A stretch of 64,000 nucleotides of DNA from an uncultured Clostridia bacterium (GCA_945963595.1 CAMFMO010000004.1:7131-71130); one strand, 5' to 3'; positions 7,751 to 18,363 are shown, numbered from the stretch's first letter. Notes: generated from the sequence alone by a model not told the origin. Numbers and translations are program-made.

Positions 7751-9955
7751 TTATCTCACGAAGCTGTATTCAATGCTGTCGGCGTAGCGGTAGTAGAAGC
7801 TGCTGCCCTCGCTCAGGCCGGAGAGAAGCTCTACGAGGCTGCCATCGGACAGTCCGGTCTGAATCTCCACAGGGTCTGTGAGGGTGTCGGTTTTCTCGTT
7901 GTAGCCGGTATAGAGCCAGGATTTCCCGGCATCGAAGACGACGGCCGCAGCGGGCACGGTGGGTACCGTTCCGGAGACGCCGGTAGTGATCTTCACGGAG
8001 GCATTCATGCCGGAGAGCATTTTTTCGTCCCTGGGCAGGGTGACGGTGACGGTGTACTTGGTGTTGCCGCCGGAGTTCTCGCCATAGGGGTTGATGGAAG
8101 TGACGGCGCCGGTGAAGCTGCTGCCGGGCAGAGCGTCCAGGGTGACGGTGGCCTCCATTCCCGTTTCCAGAGTGCGGATATCCAGCTCGTCCACCTGAAT
8201 CTGCACGGTCATTTCCTCGTCGGCGGTGATGACGGCCGCGTCCTTTTTTGTAGTGTCATAGCTGTCGTAGGCGGTAGTCTTGGCGGCGGTGCCATAGCCG
8301 GACATTCCCCCTGCCATGGAGGCCATGCCGCTCATGGCACTCCCGGTGCCGGTAAGACCGGCAAACTGGCTCATGTCAATGCCGGATGGGAAACCGCCGG
8401 GCATATCTGCGCCGGGGACGGAAGCGGCCTTCTGGTGGATGATGATGCCGGTGCCAATCAGAATGGCGTCGCCGACGGTAATCTGGTCAAAGGAAGAATC
8501 CGTCCAGGCGCTGCCGGTGCTGAACAGCACGGTCTGGCCCTGGTTTTCCAGTGTCTGGGCCTGCGCTGCAAGAGACGGGTCGATCATGTCGCCAAAGGAC
8601 ATGGCCTGGATTTGGGAGGCCTCAATGGTCCGCTGGGGGATATATTCCAGGGCGCCGTCAGAAACGGCGGTAACCAGGCCCAGAATATAGGTGGCGGTTT
8701 CGGATGGCTGCTCTTCGCCGGTGCCGGGCTGGGGATCTTCGCCTTCTCCCGGGTTCTGGCCGCTGCCGGTGCCCGGGTTCTGGTTTCCATCCGGATTCTG
8801 GCTCTGGTCTTCCCCGGAAGGCTGTGCTTGCGGCGTATCCGTGTTTTCCATTCGGATTCCACCCAGGGCTGTGTAGCCGGGGCTGGCCTGGCTGCGGGTC
8901 TGGGTCAGCACGGCGGGGTCTGTATAGGAAATCTCGGTGTCCACGCCGGAGACAATGCCGCCGCAATCGGCGTGGAGAATGCCGTCCTTGGAGAGCCGGA
9001 CCAGGCTTTCCATCTGGTCTTCCAGTTCTGTCCGGCGGTTTAAGAGCCGGGCGTACTCGGCGGTGTGGCCGGTGTCCTTCAGGGTCAGCAGGGCGCTGCC
9101 TGCGGATACCTGCTGGTTCTCCTTGACGCTGATTTGGGAGACGGTTCCGTAAGCGCCGGCGACCCGCAGGCGGCTGTGGATATAGAGATTCCCCGTTCCC
9201 AGGGTTTCCCCGTCCTTGGTGGTGACGGTCACGCTGTCGTCCAGGGGGGCGGTTTCATCGGAAAGGGTCACGGTGGCGGTGCCATCGGAAACGCTTTCCA
9301 CGGTGCCTGCAAGGGCGGTGCCGTCGGAGAGAGTGACGGTGACGCTCTGCCCCACCTCTGCCCGGGCCTCCAGGTCCACGGCCATGAACCCATCCAGGGA
9401 AAGCAGCAGCAGCGCGCCGCTTTCGTAGACGGTGTCCGCAGCGGCAGTGCCCTCCCGGGCATAGATTTTCTTCACCCGGCCGGCAGCGCCGGAGCGAATC
9501 ACGGAATCATTGGTTTTGCTGCTTTCGGAGGCAATGGCCGCATCCAGGGTGTCTATGACCTCTTGCAGCTCAGAGATGGCTGCCTTCACGGCCACAAGGT
9601 CCACCTGGGCAATGGGGTCTCCTTCCGAAACGGTCTGGCCGTTTTTTACATAGTAGGTCTCCAGCTCCAGAGCCTGGGGCAGACTCTGGGCGGTGCCCTC
9701 CTGGGGGCTCAGGGTGCCGCCGCCGGAGAGCACCGTAGAGATGGTGTTTTCCTCGGGCACAGCGGAGAGGACCTTGCTGTTGACCTTGGTAGCGGCGGAA
9801 ATGCCGGAGGGCAGGGAGGAGACAATCAGGGCAATGGCCAGAATGACGCAGAGCAGCGTTATCCATTTTGCCCCGCTGCCGCTGCGCACTTGGGTATCGT
9901 CCTCCTCTTCCTCGGGAATGAGGGGCGGCATATCCGTTTTTTTGAGTTTCTTCAT
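7751..9955 (-). CDS. HlyD/MacA-like membrane-fusion (adaptor) protein with a long low-complexity insertion
   Basis: N-terminal TM, lipoyl-like halves (VKNGQTVSEGDPIA; VKENQQVSAGSAL), C-terminal beta-barrel (VDELDI...G..A.VTLDALPG). Confidence 0.8.
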   Translation of the reverse strand: MKKLKKTDMPPLIPEEEEDDTQVRSGSGAKWITLLCVILAIALIVSSLPSGISAATKVNSKVLSAVPEENTISTVLSGGGTLSPQEGTAQSLPQALELETYYVKNGQTVSEGDPIAQVDLVAVKAAISELQEVIDTLDAAIASESSKTNDSVIRSGAAGRVKKIYAREGTAAADTVYESGALLLLSLDGFMAVDLEARAEVGQSVTVTLSDGTALAGTVESVSDGTATVTLSDETAPLDDSVTVTTKDGETLGTGNLYIHSRLRVAGAYGTVSQISVKENQQVSAGSALLTLKDTGHTAEYARLLNRRTELEDQMESLVRLSKDGILHADCGGIVSGVDTEISYTDPAVLTQTRSQASPGYTALGGIRMENTDTPQAQPSGEDQSQNPDGNQNPGTGSGQNPGEGEDPQPGTGEEQPSETATYILGLVTAVSDGALEYIPQRTIEASQIQAMSFGDMIDPSLAAQAQTLENQGQTVLFSTGSAWTDSSFDQITVGDAILIGTGIIIHQKAASVPGADMPGGFPSGIDMSQFAGLTGTGSAMSGMASMAGGMSGYGTAAKTTAYDSYDTTKKDAAVITADEEMTVQIQVDELDIRTLETGMEATVTLDALPGSSFTGAVTSINPYGENSGGNTKYTVTVTLPRDEKMLSGMNASVKITTGVSGTVPTVPAAAVVFDAGKSWLYTGYNEKTDTLTDPVEIQTGLSDGSLVELLSGLSEGSSFYYRYADSIEYSFVR

Positions 9956-9967
9956 AGCTTAACCTCC

Positions 9968-11158
9968 TTAGCCGCCGTAGTGCAGGGCCTCAATGGGCGG
10001 CAGCTTGGCGGCCTTGTTGGCGGGGTACAGTCCGAAAATCACGCCGATGGCAAAGCAGAAGGCCACGGCAATGACCACCACGCCCCATTCCAGACCAAAG
10101 GAAACACCCATGCTGGCAACCATCACGGAGATGAGCCGCAGCACCACCCAGGACAGAAACACGCCAATGGCGCAGCCGATCATGCACAGCACCACGCTTT
10201 CCAGCAAAAACTGCTGCAAAATTACGCCCCGGCCTGCGCCGATGGCCTTTCGAATGCCGATCTCTCTTGTCCGTTCGGTAACGGTTACCAGCATGATGTT
10301 CATAATGCCGATGCCGCCGACAATCAGGGAGATGGCGGCAATGCCGCCCAGAAGCACCGTTAGAATGCCGGTGACGGAACTCATGGCGTCCTCCAGCATA
10401 TTCTGGGACAGCAGGGAGAAGGCGTCCTCATCGTCCTCAAACCGGTCCAGCAGCAGCCGCTTCATGGCGCTTTCGGTGGTGGCCATATTGCCGCTTTCCG
10501 GAGCGCTGACGGAGAAGCTGGTGATGGTGGAGGAGACGGTGGCGGAAAGCCGCATGAGGGTGGTATAGGGAATATAGGCGATCATGGAGTTCTTGGTGAG
10601 AATGCCGGTGAGGGATTCGTCATCGTTTTTTAGAATGCCTACAACGGTAAATTTCCGGCCGTCCAGGGAGATCTTCTCTCCCAGGCAGTCCGTATAGCCC
10701 ACCATATCCTCGGCGGTTTTCTCCGTGATGATGCACACGCTGGTGTGGTTTTCCACATCCGCCTGGGTGAGAAACCGGCCCAGCAGCACGGTCTGACCGT
10801 TGATGGGGGCATAGGCGGGGGTAGCGCCGTAGACCGTGACGGTCTTGGTGGTGGAGGAATATTTGCCGGTGGCGGTGGTGGTGGCAGAGGGGGCCGCCAG
10901 ACCAATCTGGGGGTCTGCCATCCACTCGTCCAGGGTGTCCAGGGTCACGGGTGCGCCCTTGTCATCGGAGACGGTGACGGAGAGCAGATTGCTGCCAAGG
11001 CTGGAGATGGTGTCGGTGACGGTGCCGGTGGCGCCGGAGACCAGGCTCACCAGAATGACCAATGCCATAACGCCGATGATAATGCCCAGCATGGTCAAAA
11101 ATGCCCGGAATTTGTTGCCGGAAATGGACTTCATTGCCATTTTGAATGCCTGGATCAT
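9968..11158 (-). CDS. MacB/FtsX-type ABC permease
   Basis: [12 protein letters not shown]...; [28 protein letters not shown]; [17 protein letters not shown]. Confidence 0.93.
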   Translation of the reverse strand: MIQAFKMAMKSISGNKFRAFLTMLGIIIGVMALVILVSLVSGATGTVTDTISSLGSNLLSVTVSDDKGAPVTLDTLDEWMADPQIGLAAPSATTTATGKYSSTTKTVTVYGATPAYAPINGQTVLLGRFLTQADVENHTSVCIITEKTAEDMVGYTDCLGEKISLDGRKFTVVGILKNDDESLTGILTKNSMIAYIPYTTLMRLSATVSSTITSFSVSAPESGNMATTESAMKRLLLDRFEDDEDAFSLLSQNMLEDAMSSVTGILTVLLGGIAAISLIVGGIGIMNIMLVTVTERTREIGIRKAIGAGRGVILQQFLLESVVLCMIGCAIGVFLSWVVLRLISVMVASMGVSFGLEWGVVVIAVAFCFAIGVIFGLYPANKAAKLPPIEALHYGG

Positions 11159-11826
11159 GCGCCCACCTCCGTCAGCTGTCCGTCCTTGATGCGCACGATG
11201 CGGCTGGCCTGTCTGGCTACGTCGTCATCGTGGGTGATGAGGACAATGGTATTGCCTGCGTCGTGGAGCTCGTGGAAAATGTCCATGATCTCCACGGTGG
11301 TTTTGGAGTCCAGGTTGCCCGTGGGCTCGTCCGCCAGAATCAGACTGGGCCGGGTCACAATGGCCCGGGCAATGGCGACACGCTGCTGCTGGCCGCCGGA
11401 AAGCTCTGTGGGCAGATGCTTGGCCCGCCTTTGCAGGTCTACTCTTGCCAGGGCCTTCTCCACCCGTTCCTTCCGCTCGGCCCGGGGAACCTTCTGGTAG
11501 ATCAGCGGAAGCTCCACATTCTCCTCGGCGGTGAGCTTGGAGATCAGGTTGAAGCTCTGGAACACGAAGCCGATCTTCCGGTTCCGGATTCTGGCCAGCT
11601 GATTTTCCGTATAGTCCTCAATGGGGGTGCCGTCTAAGAGATAGGTGCCGGAGTCGGCGGTGTCCAGGCAGCCGATGATGTTCATCAGCGTGGACTTGCC
11701 GGAACCGGAGGGGCCGATAATGCTGACAAATTCGCCGGGATCGATGTGCAGATTGGCTTTGTTCAGGGCATAGACCTTTTCGCTGCCGATCTGATAGATC
11801 CGGGAGATATCCTTTAGATCAATCAT
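11155..11826 (-). CDS. ABC transporter ATP-binding protein (LolD/MacB type)
   Basis: Start MIDLKDI at 11826; [29 protein letters not shown]. Confidence 0.95.
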   Translation of the reverse strand: MIDLKDISRIYQIGSEKVYALNKANLHIDPGEFVSIIGPSGSGKSTLMNIIGCLDTADSGTYLLDGTPIEDYTENQLARIRNRKIGFVFQSFNLISKLTAEENVELPLIYQKVPRAERKERVEKALARVDLQRRAKHLPTELSGGQQQRVAIARAIVTRPSLILADEPTGNLDSKTTVEIMDIFHELHDAGNTIVLITHDDDVARQASRIVRIKDGQLTEVGA

Positions 11827-11836
11827 GCCTGCCTCC

Positions 11837-13468
11837 TCAGCCGCCCATGTTGGGCATGCCCGCCGGCATCTTGGATACATCGGGCATGGCGCTGCCCTTG
11901 TCGCTGCCCCGGTCGCCCCGGCTGCCCATATCGCTCATACCGCCCATGCCGGAGAAGTCCCCGGAGGTGGTGAAGGTCATGCCGCCGAAGGTGAAGGTCT
12001 GCTCCTTGGGGGTGTAGTACACGGTGTCGCCCTCGGCAAGGCCGGAGACGATCTCTGTGTAGGTGCCGTTGGTCAGGCCCAGGGTGACCTCTGTCATGCC
12101 GCCCAAGGTGTCGGTTTCCGCGTCATAGGCGGTGTAGACATAGGCGGTGGTGCTGGTCTTACGGATGGCATCCGCAGGCAGCAGCAGGGCATTGTCCACA
12201 CCCTGGATGGTCACCTCGGCCTTGGCGGTCATGCCGGAGAGCATGCCGGGCTGCTTGTCCAGGGTGATCTTGGCGGAATAGCTGCCGTCGGTGCCGGTGG
12301 TGTCGATTTCCGTAACAGTGCCCACATAGTGTTCGTCACCCACGGACTCCACGGTCAGGCTGACCTCCTGACCAACCTCCAGGGAGAGAATGTCCGTCTC
12401 GTCCACAGAGACGGTGACGGTCATGCTTTCGCCGGGGTCAAGGGTGGCCAGGGCGGTGTCCGTCAAAGGATCGGTGCCTACGGTCAGGTCGTCCAGGGAT
12501 ACCAGGGTTTCCAGGGTGCCGGACTGCTCGGCCACCAGGCCGCCGTCCTTATAGAGCTTCACAAGCTTTTGGTAGAGCTTTTCGTAGTCCTCCCGCTGCT
12601 GGAGCAGCTGGTTGTATTTGGCGGAGTCTTCGGTGTCGCGCAGGGTGAACAGGGTGGAGGAGGCAGTGACCTTGGCATTCTCCCTGGCGGAAACGTTGGA
12701 GACGGTTCCGGCATAGCCGGTGACCTTCAGGGGGCTGTGAATATACAGTTCCCCGGCCAGCGCGCCCACGGTGGCGGTGTCGCCCACCAGAGGCCCGTCG
12801 TCGGAAATCAGCACCGTAGCCTTACCGCCGCTGACGGCGTCCACCGTGCCGTCCCACTGCTTGCCGTCGGAGGTGGTGACGGTGACGGTTTCGCCCACGG
12901 TCAGCGCGTCGGTCTCAATGTCTACAGCCAGAAATCCATCCAGGCTCAGCTCTGCCAGGCAGCCCTTGTCATACATAATGTCTGCCACGCTGTCGCCCGG
13001 TTCCGCATAGACGGCCTTGACCCGGCCGGAAACACCGGCCTTGACGGTGGAGGAAACCTTGTCCTTGCTGGCCTCCTGGAGCTGGCCGTCCAGGTCATCC
13101 AGGGCGTCCTGAACGGTGGACAGGCTGGTCAGCACGGTGCTGGTGTTGGTGGAGGCCAGAAGGGTGCCCGCTTCAACGGTGTCGCCCTGCTCCACATAGA
13201 GCTTTTCCACCTTCACGGTGGCGGGGACGGTCAGGTCCTCCACATTGTCACTGGTCAGGCTGCCGCTGCCGGAGACGGTGGCCTTGATGGAGCCTGTGGT
13301 GACGGTGACGGACTTGACATTGCTGCCGCTCTGGGCCGTCACGGACCGCTGCACCCGCTGCCGGACATACAGTGTACCGGCCAGTCCCGCTACCAGGACC
13401 ACGGCAACAATGGCGGTGACCCGCTGAACGGTTTTCTTCCGTTTCTGGGCTTTTGTTGGTTTGGCCAT
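11837..13468 (-). CDS. Second HlyD/MacA-like adaptor protein
   Basis: Start MAKPT at 13468; TM helix, VEQGDTVEAG lipoyl half, VDETDI barrel motif, Gly/Met-rich tail. Paralogous to 7751-9955. Confidence 0.82.
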   Translation of the reverse strand: MAKPTKAQKRKKTVQRVTAIVAVVLVAGLAGTLYVRQRVQRSVTAQSGSNVKSVTVTTGSIKATVSGSGSLTSDNVEDLTVPATVKVEKLYVEQGDTVEAGTLLASTNTSTVLTSLSTVQDALDDLDGQLQEASKDKVSSTVKAGVSGRVKAVYAEPGDSVADIMYDKGCLAELSLDGFLAVDIETDALTVGETVTVTTSDGKQWDGTVDAVSGGKATVLISDDGPLVGDTATVGALAGELYIHSPLKVTGYAGTVSNVSARENAKVTASSTLFTLRDTEDSAKYNQLLQQREDYEKLYQKLVKLYKDGGLVAEQSGTLETLVSLDDLTVGTDPLTDTALATLDPGESMTVTVSVDETDILSLEVGQEVSLTVESVGDEHYVGTVTEIDTTGTDGSYSAKITLDKQPGMLSGMTAKAEVTIQGVDNALLLPADAIRKTSTTAYVYTAYDAETDTLGGMTEVTLGLTNGTYTEIVSGLAEGDTVYYTPKEQTFTFGGMTFTTSGDFSGMGGMSDMGSRGDRGSDKGSAMPDVSKMPAGMPNMGG

Positions 13469-13501
13469 AGAGAATTCCTCCAAAATCAATTGTTAATGTT
13501 T

Positions 13502-13533
13502 ATTTTATAGGGAAAACCTGAAATCAGTCTGAA
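13502..13533 (-). promoter_or_regulatory. Promoter of the efflux operon with an 11-bp-period direct repeat (response-regulator-type box)
   Basis: Minus strand TTCAGA-N5-TTCAGG (13533-13517) sits where a -35 would be, upstream of TAAAAT (13507-13502). Confidence 0.45.
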
Positions 13534-13787
13534 GAAAAAATGAATAGGCTGTGAATAAGGAAACCGCAGACATGAAAAAAACAAGTGCTGCGGACCAAGG
13601 ACCGTGGCACAAATCCCTTGATTCCGGCACGAAATCCGGCGTTTGACGCTCTCCGGAACGGAGATTTCCTGCTATAATAGAATCGAATTTTTATGGATAA
13701 AGGAGCTTGTCCAACATGTGAATATGCATCCGTGATGGAAGAACTGTGTTACGACCGCGAGCCCCCCACGCTTTTCTTTGAAACCCA

Positions 13788-13842
13788 TTGACAGTGGCGA
13801 ATACAAAGAGTATAATTATGACTGAAAGAACAAAAGCGGTCA
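13788..13842 (+). promoter_or_regulatory. Consensus sigma70 promoter plus probable TetR operator
   Basis: TTGACA(13788)-17-TATAAT(13811); imperfect palindrome TGACTG-N12-CGGTCA at 13819-13842 just downstream. Confidence 0.8.
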
Positions 13843-13864
13843 AAACGTTTTTGGAGGTTATCAC

Positions 13865-14443
13865 TTGGCGTTTACAGAACAGAAAAATGAAATGATCCGT
13901 AAGGATTTATTAGACGAAGCGTTGCGTTGTGCCGTGACCGTCGGGATGCGGAAAACATCGGTGGAACAGCTCACGGAAGCGGTGGGTATTGCAAAGGGTT
14001 CGTTCTATAAGGTCTTCCCATCCAAAGAGCTGCTGTTCTTTGCTGTGCTGGAAAATATTCATGCGGAAACGTATGCCGTAGCGGAGAAAGCCTTACAGGA
14101 CAATGCAGAACTTCCACCAACGGAGCGAGCAACGAAGATCATTCTTGCCGCCTGCAAATACCTTTCCGATACCAAAGCGATGACCTTCATCGAAAACGAT
14201 GCGGAGTTTTTGTTGCGGCGGATACCGTCTGACATCAAATCTGCCCACTATCACGATGACGAAGTTCATATTCGTCAAATTCTGGAAGCAAGTGGACTTG
14301 TGCCGAAAGGCGGAATGGATCTGGCTGCCGCCACCGTCCGAGGGCTGATCTTAACTGTCTCCCATCAGGGAGAAATCGGCGAACTGTATCCGCAGGTGTT
14401 GGAAACGCTGGTGCATGGTGCTTGCAAGGAATTATTTGATTAA
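13865..14443 (+). CDS. TetR/AcrR family transcriptional regulator
   Basis: TTG start after GGAGG; HTH motif GMRKTSVEQLTEAVGIAKGSFYKVFPSKELLF. Confidence 0.93.
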   Translation: MAFTEQKNEMIRKDLLDEALRCAVTVGMRKTSVEQLTEAVGIAKGSFYKVFPSKELLFFAVLENIHAETYAVAEKALQDNAELPPTERATKIILAACKYLSDTKAMTFIENDAEFLLRRIPSDIKSAHYHDDEVHIRQILEASGLVPKGGMDLAAATVRGLILTVSHQGEIGELYPQVLETLVHGACKELFD

Positions 14444-14446
14444 ATC

Positions 14447-14472
14447 GAAAAGCTGCCGTCTGGCGGCTTTTC
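14447..14472 (+). terminator. Intrinsic terminator after tetR
   Basis: GAAAAGCTGCC-GTCT-GGCGGCTTTTC. Confidence 0.6.
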
Positions 14473-14520
14473 AAAAGACAGTGAGTTAGAGATAGCTAAC
14501 TTCTGCATAGGAGTGATATT

Positions 14521-15189
14521 ATGAAGAAAACATTTTGGGATCGCACAGCGAAAAGCTATGACCACTTTATGAAGAAAGACCACAAGGCATATAAGCAAAT
14601 GTATTCTCTAATCTATCCTGTGGTGCGGCACAAGCAGGTGCTGGAGCTTGCCACCGGCACAGGGCTGATTGCCAAGCATATCGTCCGCTCTGCCGACCAT
14701 ATTGAAGCTACCGACGCATCCCAAGAGATGATCGAGCAGGCGAAACAGGGCGTAAAATCTACAAAACTCTATTTTTCGGTGCAGGATATGTTCCATCTGC
14801 CCTATGCTGACCAGTCTTTCGATGTGGTGATCGTGGTCAATGCGCTGCACATTGTACCGGAACCGGAGAAAGCCCTCTCTGAAATTCGCCGGGTGCTGAA
14901 GCCCGGCGGGACCTTTCTCATCTGCAACGAGAGCAATGGCGACTCGGACAAGGACGAGAAGTGGACGGAGATCATCGGCGGTATGACCATATACAGCGGC
15001 GATGAGCTGAAAACATTTCTGGAAAACGATGGATTCTGCTCTAAGCGGTGTCCTATCCGGCGTTGTAGAGCCGCTGGGGGCGGTGTTAACAATTCTTGCA
15101 GCACAGTTTGTTGCCCCCGCTTTGCCGTATTTGCTGAGTTTTGCCGCAGGAGCTATGCTCTATGTGGTAGTGGAAGAACTGATTCCTGA
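14521..15189 (+). pseudogene. Class I SAM-dependent methyltransferase, chimeric and 3'-truncated; reads out of frame into ZIP-gene DNA
   Basis: VLELATGTG, DMFHLPYADQSFDVV and RVLKPGG motifs. After FLENDGF the sequence is the shifted frame of the ZIP fragment. Confidence 0.7.
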
Positions 15190-15280
15190 AATGTCTGCCG
15201 GAAAGCATTCCAACATCGGTACAGTATCCTTTGCGTTGGGATTCAGCGTGATGATGGTGCTGGATGTGGTGTTGGGATAA
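15029..15280 (+). pseudogene. C-terminal fragment of a ZIP (ZupT/GufA) metal transporter
   Basis: SGVVEPLGAVL...LLSFAAGAMLYVVVEELIPE...GFSVMMVLDVVLG, i.e. the last three TM helices only. Confidence 0.85.
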
Positions 15281-15500
15281 GAAGCCAGACCGTCAAGAAA
15301 TGCCACTATCCAGTACCTTACCAACAAACAACACATTACAATCACTGTAAAACGCAGAAACCGCCACTCTGCCAAGTGACGGTTTCTAAAGTTTTTCTGT
15401 AAAACCTGAACGAGCAGACCGCTTATCGATGATGCTCTTTCCATATTGATTATACCACGACCCACAAATCGTCAAGATGGGCCGTGGTTTTTGTTTCACC

Positions 15501-16502
15501 TTATTTATACTCCTGCAGCAGGAACATGGGCTTGATGGCGACCACCTCATCGTATTCCTCCTGCTCCACCTGAACGTCGGCATTGAGCTTTTTCAGGTCC
15601 TCCTTGACAACGGCCAGGGCCTCCTTGGCGCTCTGGGCGCGGCCCTCCCGGAGGACGCGGATCATCCGGTCCAGCACAATGGGGTGGGCATAGCGGGCGG
15701 GGACGGGAAAATCCTCAGGCAGAATGGCTTCCATGCCGGAAATGGAAGCGTCCCAGGCGGCGGTGACGGCCTTCTTGTTGTTCTTCGCCGTGGGGATGAC
15801 CTGGGTGCCGGAGAACAGGAAGGCGGCTGCCAGACCCAGCAGAGTGAAGTACAGGCCGGTGGTGTCGCGGTTGATGAGCTCATAGATACCGTAGGCACCG
15901 CAGACAATGCCGCCAACGATGATGGCCAGGGCCACCCAGCGGTAGGCGGGGCGGGTGCGGTCCGAGCTGCGCTTGCGCTTGGCGGCAACGGAAAGGGCTG
16001 CGGTCTGCTCCGGGTAGCTTGTCAGGAAGGCCCTGGCACCCTCCAGCTCCTCCCGGGCCTTCTGGGCCTTGGGGGTCAGCTCCTTGAGAAATTTCGCCTC
16101 CATGGCCGCCTGCTTTTCCTTCAGGCGCTTCTCCGCCTCCAGGCTGTGGGTGGGGATTTCCGGGCGGATCTTGGAGATATGGGCCAGCAGAAGGTCCACA
16201 TCCTGTTCGTATTTGAAGTTGCACTGCTTCACCGTGCCGTCGTCCAGCTCCACCACCAGATAGGGAATGGCGCCGAAGACGCCCTTTCCGGAAAAACCGC
16301 CCTTGCTCATGGCGACCCGCTTGAAAATACGCTTCACGGATTTCAGCGCCGCATAGTATACCCGGTCGAAGAAGAAGCTGTTCAGGTAAATGGCCTCATC
16401 GCCCACGCCGCAGGGGCCGAAGCGCTTGCAGAATTTTTTGTCAACGGAAAGCGTCGCCTTATCCAGGGCCGTGCTGCCCAGCTGTTTCGGAGTAAAAATC
16501 AT
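15501..16502 (-). CDS. Conserved hypothetical membrane-associated protein
   Basis: 333 aa, coding-like codon usage, SD GAGGT upstream, central two-TM hairpin. No function recognised. Confidence 0.75.
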   Translation of the reverse strand: MIFTPKQLGSTALDKATLSVDKKFCKRFGPCGVGDEAIYLNSFFFDRVYYAALKSVKRIFKRVAMSKGGFSGKGVFGAIPYLVVELDDGTVKQCNFKYEQDVDLLLAHISKIRPEIPTHSLEAEKRLKEKQAAMEAKFLKELTPKAQKAREELEGARAFLTSYPEQTAALSVAAKRKRSSDRTRPAYRWVALAIIVGGIVCGAYGIYELINRDTTGLYFTLLGLAAAFLFSGTQVIPTAKNNKKAVTAAWDASISGMEAILPEDFPVPARYAHPIVLDRMIRVLREGRAQSAKEALAVVKEDLKKLNADVQVEQEEYDEVVAIKPMFLLQEYK

Positions 16503-16527
16503 GGAATTACCTCACTTTATACCGCAA

Positions 16528-16555
16528 AAGGTGGGGAAGTTTCCTCCCCCACCTT
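16528..16555 (-). terminator. Hairpin terminator after cstA
   Basis: AAGGTGGGG / CCCCACCTT stem with a T-run on the minus strand. Confidence 0.55.
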
Positions 16556-16570
16556 CTCTATGGACTTAAA

Positions 16571-18052
16571 TTACTTGCCCAGGGTCTCGTACTGGGGCTT
16601 TACGTCGCGCTTCTTGATGGAGTACAGGAAGATACCCAGGAACGCAGCGGCGATAATAATGCCTGCGGGATAGGCAACCTTTGTACCAAGGTTCAGACAC
16701 TCAGGAGCGAAGAAGAAGTAGGTTGCGGAAACAGCGCTCATGAAGGTTGCGGGAACGGCGGTGATCCAGTAGTTCTTCTTCTCATAGAACAGGAACATGG
16801 AAGCAGCCCACAGAACGATCATAGCCAGGGTCTGGTTGGTCCAGCTGAAGTAACGCCAGATGATGGTGTAGTCGATCTTGCCCAGGGCGTTGCCGATGCC
16901 CAGGAAGGCGCCGATGCCCAGAACGGGGATGCAGAGAATCAGGCGATTCTTCCACTTCTTCTGATCCAGATGGAACCAGTCAGCCAGCACCAGACGGGCG
17001 GAACGGAAAGCGGTGTCGCCGGAGGTGATGGGACAGGCGATAACACCAATCATTGCCAGAGCAATGCCGATGCCGCCCATGGTCTTTGCGCACACATCGT
17101 AGATTGCAGCAGACTGGCCGTTTGCCAGTGCTTCCTGCAGGCCGGTGTTCAGACCGCCGGTGACAGGGTAAAGAGCCACACCAGCGGCAGCCCAAATCAG
17201 GGCGATGATGCCTTCGGAAACCATGGCACCGTAGAACACGAAGTGGCCCTGCTTCTCACTCTTCAGGCAGCGAGCCATCAGGGGGCTTTGAGTGGCATGG
17301 AAGCCGGAGATGGCGCCGCAGGCCACGGTGATAAACATACAGCTCCAAATGGGGGTTCCCTTGGGATGCATGGAACCAAAGTTTGTCCAAATTTCGGGGA
17401 TGACGTACTCGCTCTTAGTAAAGATGCCGATTGCCACACCGATAGCCATGATGATCAGGCAGATACCAAAAAGAGGGTAAATCTTGCCAATCAGCTTGTC
17501 GATGGACAGGAAGGTGGCGATGAAGTAGTAGACCAGAATCAGGATCAGCCAGAACAGAGTCGTTGCAACCACGCCGGAAGCACCGTTGTTCTTGAACAGG
17601 GCGACAATCAGACCGGCAGGGCCGACTGCAAACACGGTGCCGACCATGATCAGCAATACTACGGAGAAGATACGCATAACGTTCTTCATAACGCCGCCCA
17701 GGTAGATGCCAGAAATTTCGGAGATAGAGACACCGTCATTCCGCTCGGACAGCATACCGGAGAAATAGTCGTGGACGCCGCCGGCAAAGATGGTGCCGAA
17801 GGTGATCCACAGGAACACGATGGGCCCCCACAGGGCACCCTGAAGGGCGCCGAAGATGGGGCCGAGGCCCGCGATGTTAAGCAGCTGGATCATGAACAGC
17901 TTCCACTGGGGCAGGACCACGTAGTCCACGCCGTCGTTGATGCGCACGGCGGGGGTTTCACGGTCGTCCGGGCCGAAGGTGTTTTCTACGACTTTGCCGT
18001 AGAAGAAGTAACCCGCGATCAGGATTGCCAGGCAGAGCAAAAAGCTAATCAT
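16571..18052 (-). CDS. cstA: Carbon starvation protein A family peptide/pyruvate transporter
   Basis: Start MISFLLC at 18052; DGVDYV, IAGLGPIFGA, ACGAISGFHATQSP, CPITSGDTAFRSARL, WRYFSWTNQTLA. Confidence 0.93.
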   Translation of the reverse strand: MISFLLCLAILIAGYFFYGKVVENTFGPDDRETPAVRINDGVDYVVLPQWKLFMIQLLNIAGLGPIFGALQGALWGPIVFLWITFGTIFAGGVHDYFSGMLSERNDGVSISEISGIYLGGVMKNVMRIFSVVLLIMVGTVFAVGPAGLIVALFKNNGASGVVATTLFWLILILVYYFIATFLSIDKLIGKIYPLFGICLIIMAIGVAIGIFTKSEYVIPEIWTNFGSMHPKGTPIWSCMFITVACGAISGFHATQSPLMARCLKSEKQGHFVFYGAMVSEGIIALIWAAAGVALYPVTGGLNTGLQEALANGQSAAIYDVCAKTMGGIGIALAMIGVIACPITSGDTAFRSARLVLADWFHLDQKKWKNRLILCIPVLGIGAFLGIGNALGKIDYTIIWRYFSWTNQTLAMIVLWAASMFLFYEKKNYWITAVPATFMSAVSATYFFFAPECLNLGTKVAYPAGIIIAAAFLGIFLYSIKKRDVKPQYETLGK

Positions 18053-18363
18053 TTGGACTCCTCCTTGAAACATATAAAATTTTTCGAATAGGGGCATAAT
18101 GCCCTGTTTCTACGGCGCCATTATCGCCGACTTCTGCTGCAAAATCAAGGGACAAACTCCACAAAAAAGCTCTGCAAAATTTTACAGAGTTCACAATACG
18201 GACATAATTTGTCCATAATTTTGAAAAAATGGTTAGAAAATGCTTACTTTGCATCACAAAAAGTTGGAGAATTGGAAGCTCTAAATATACAAAAAGATAA
18301 ATGCGAAAAATTGTGCTTGACAAGAAAAAGTACACAAGCTCGAAAAATAGGGGAAAATCTCGC

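Noticed and set aside
13620-13785. Possible gene start or sRNA (extended -10 TGCTATAAT, AAGGAG) upstream of tetR
   Set aside because: The ATG after the SD is followed immediately by TGA, and no recognisable RNA structure or family is present.
15160-15583. Short minus-strand ORFs after the ZIP fragment
   Set aside because: No SD, no motif, and they partly overlap other genes in antisense.
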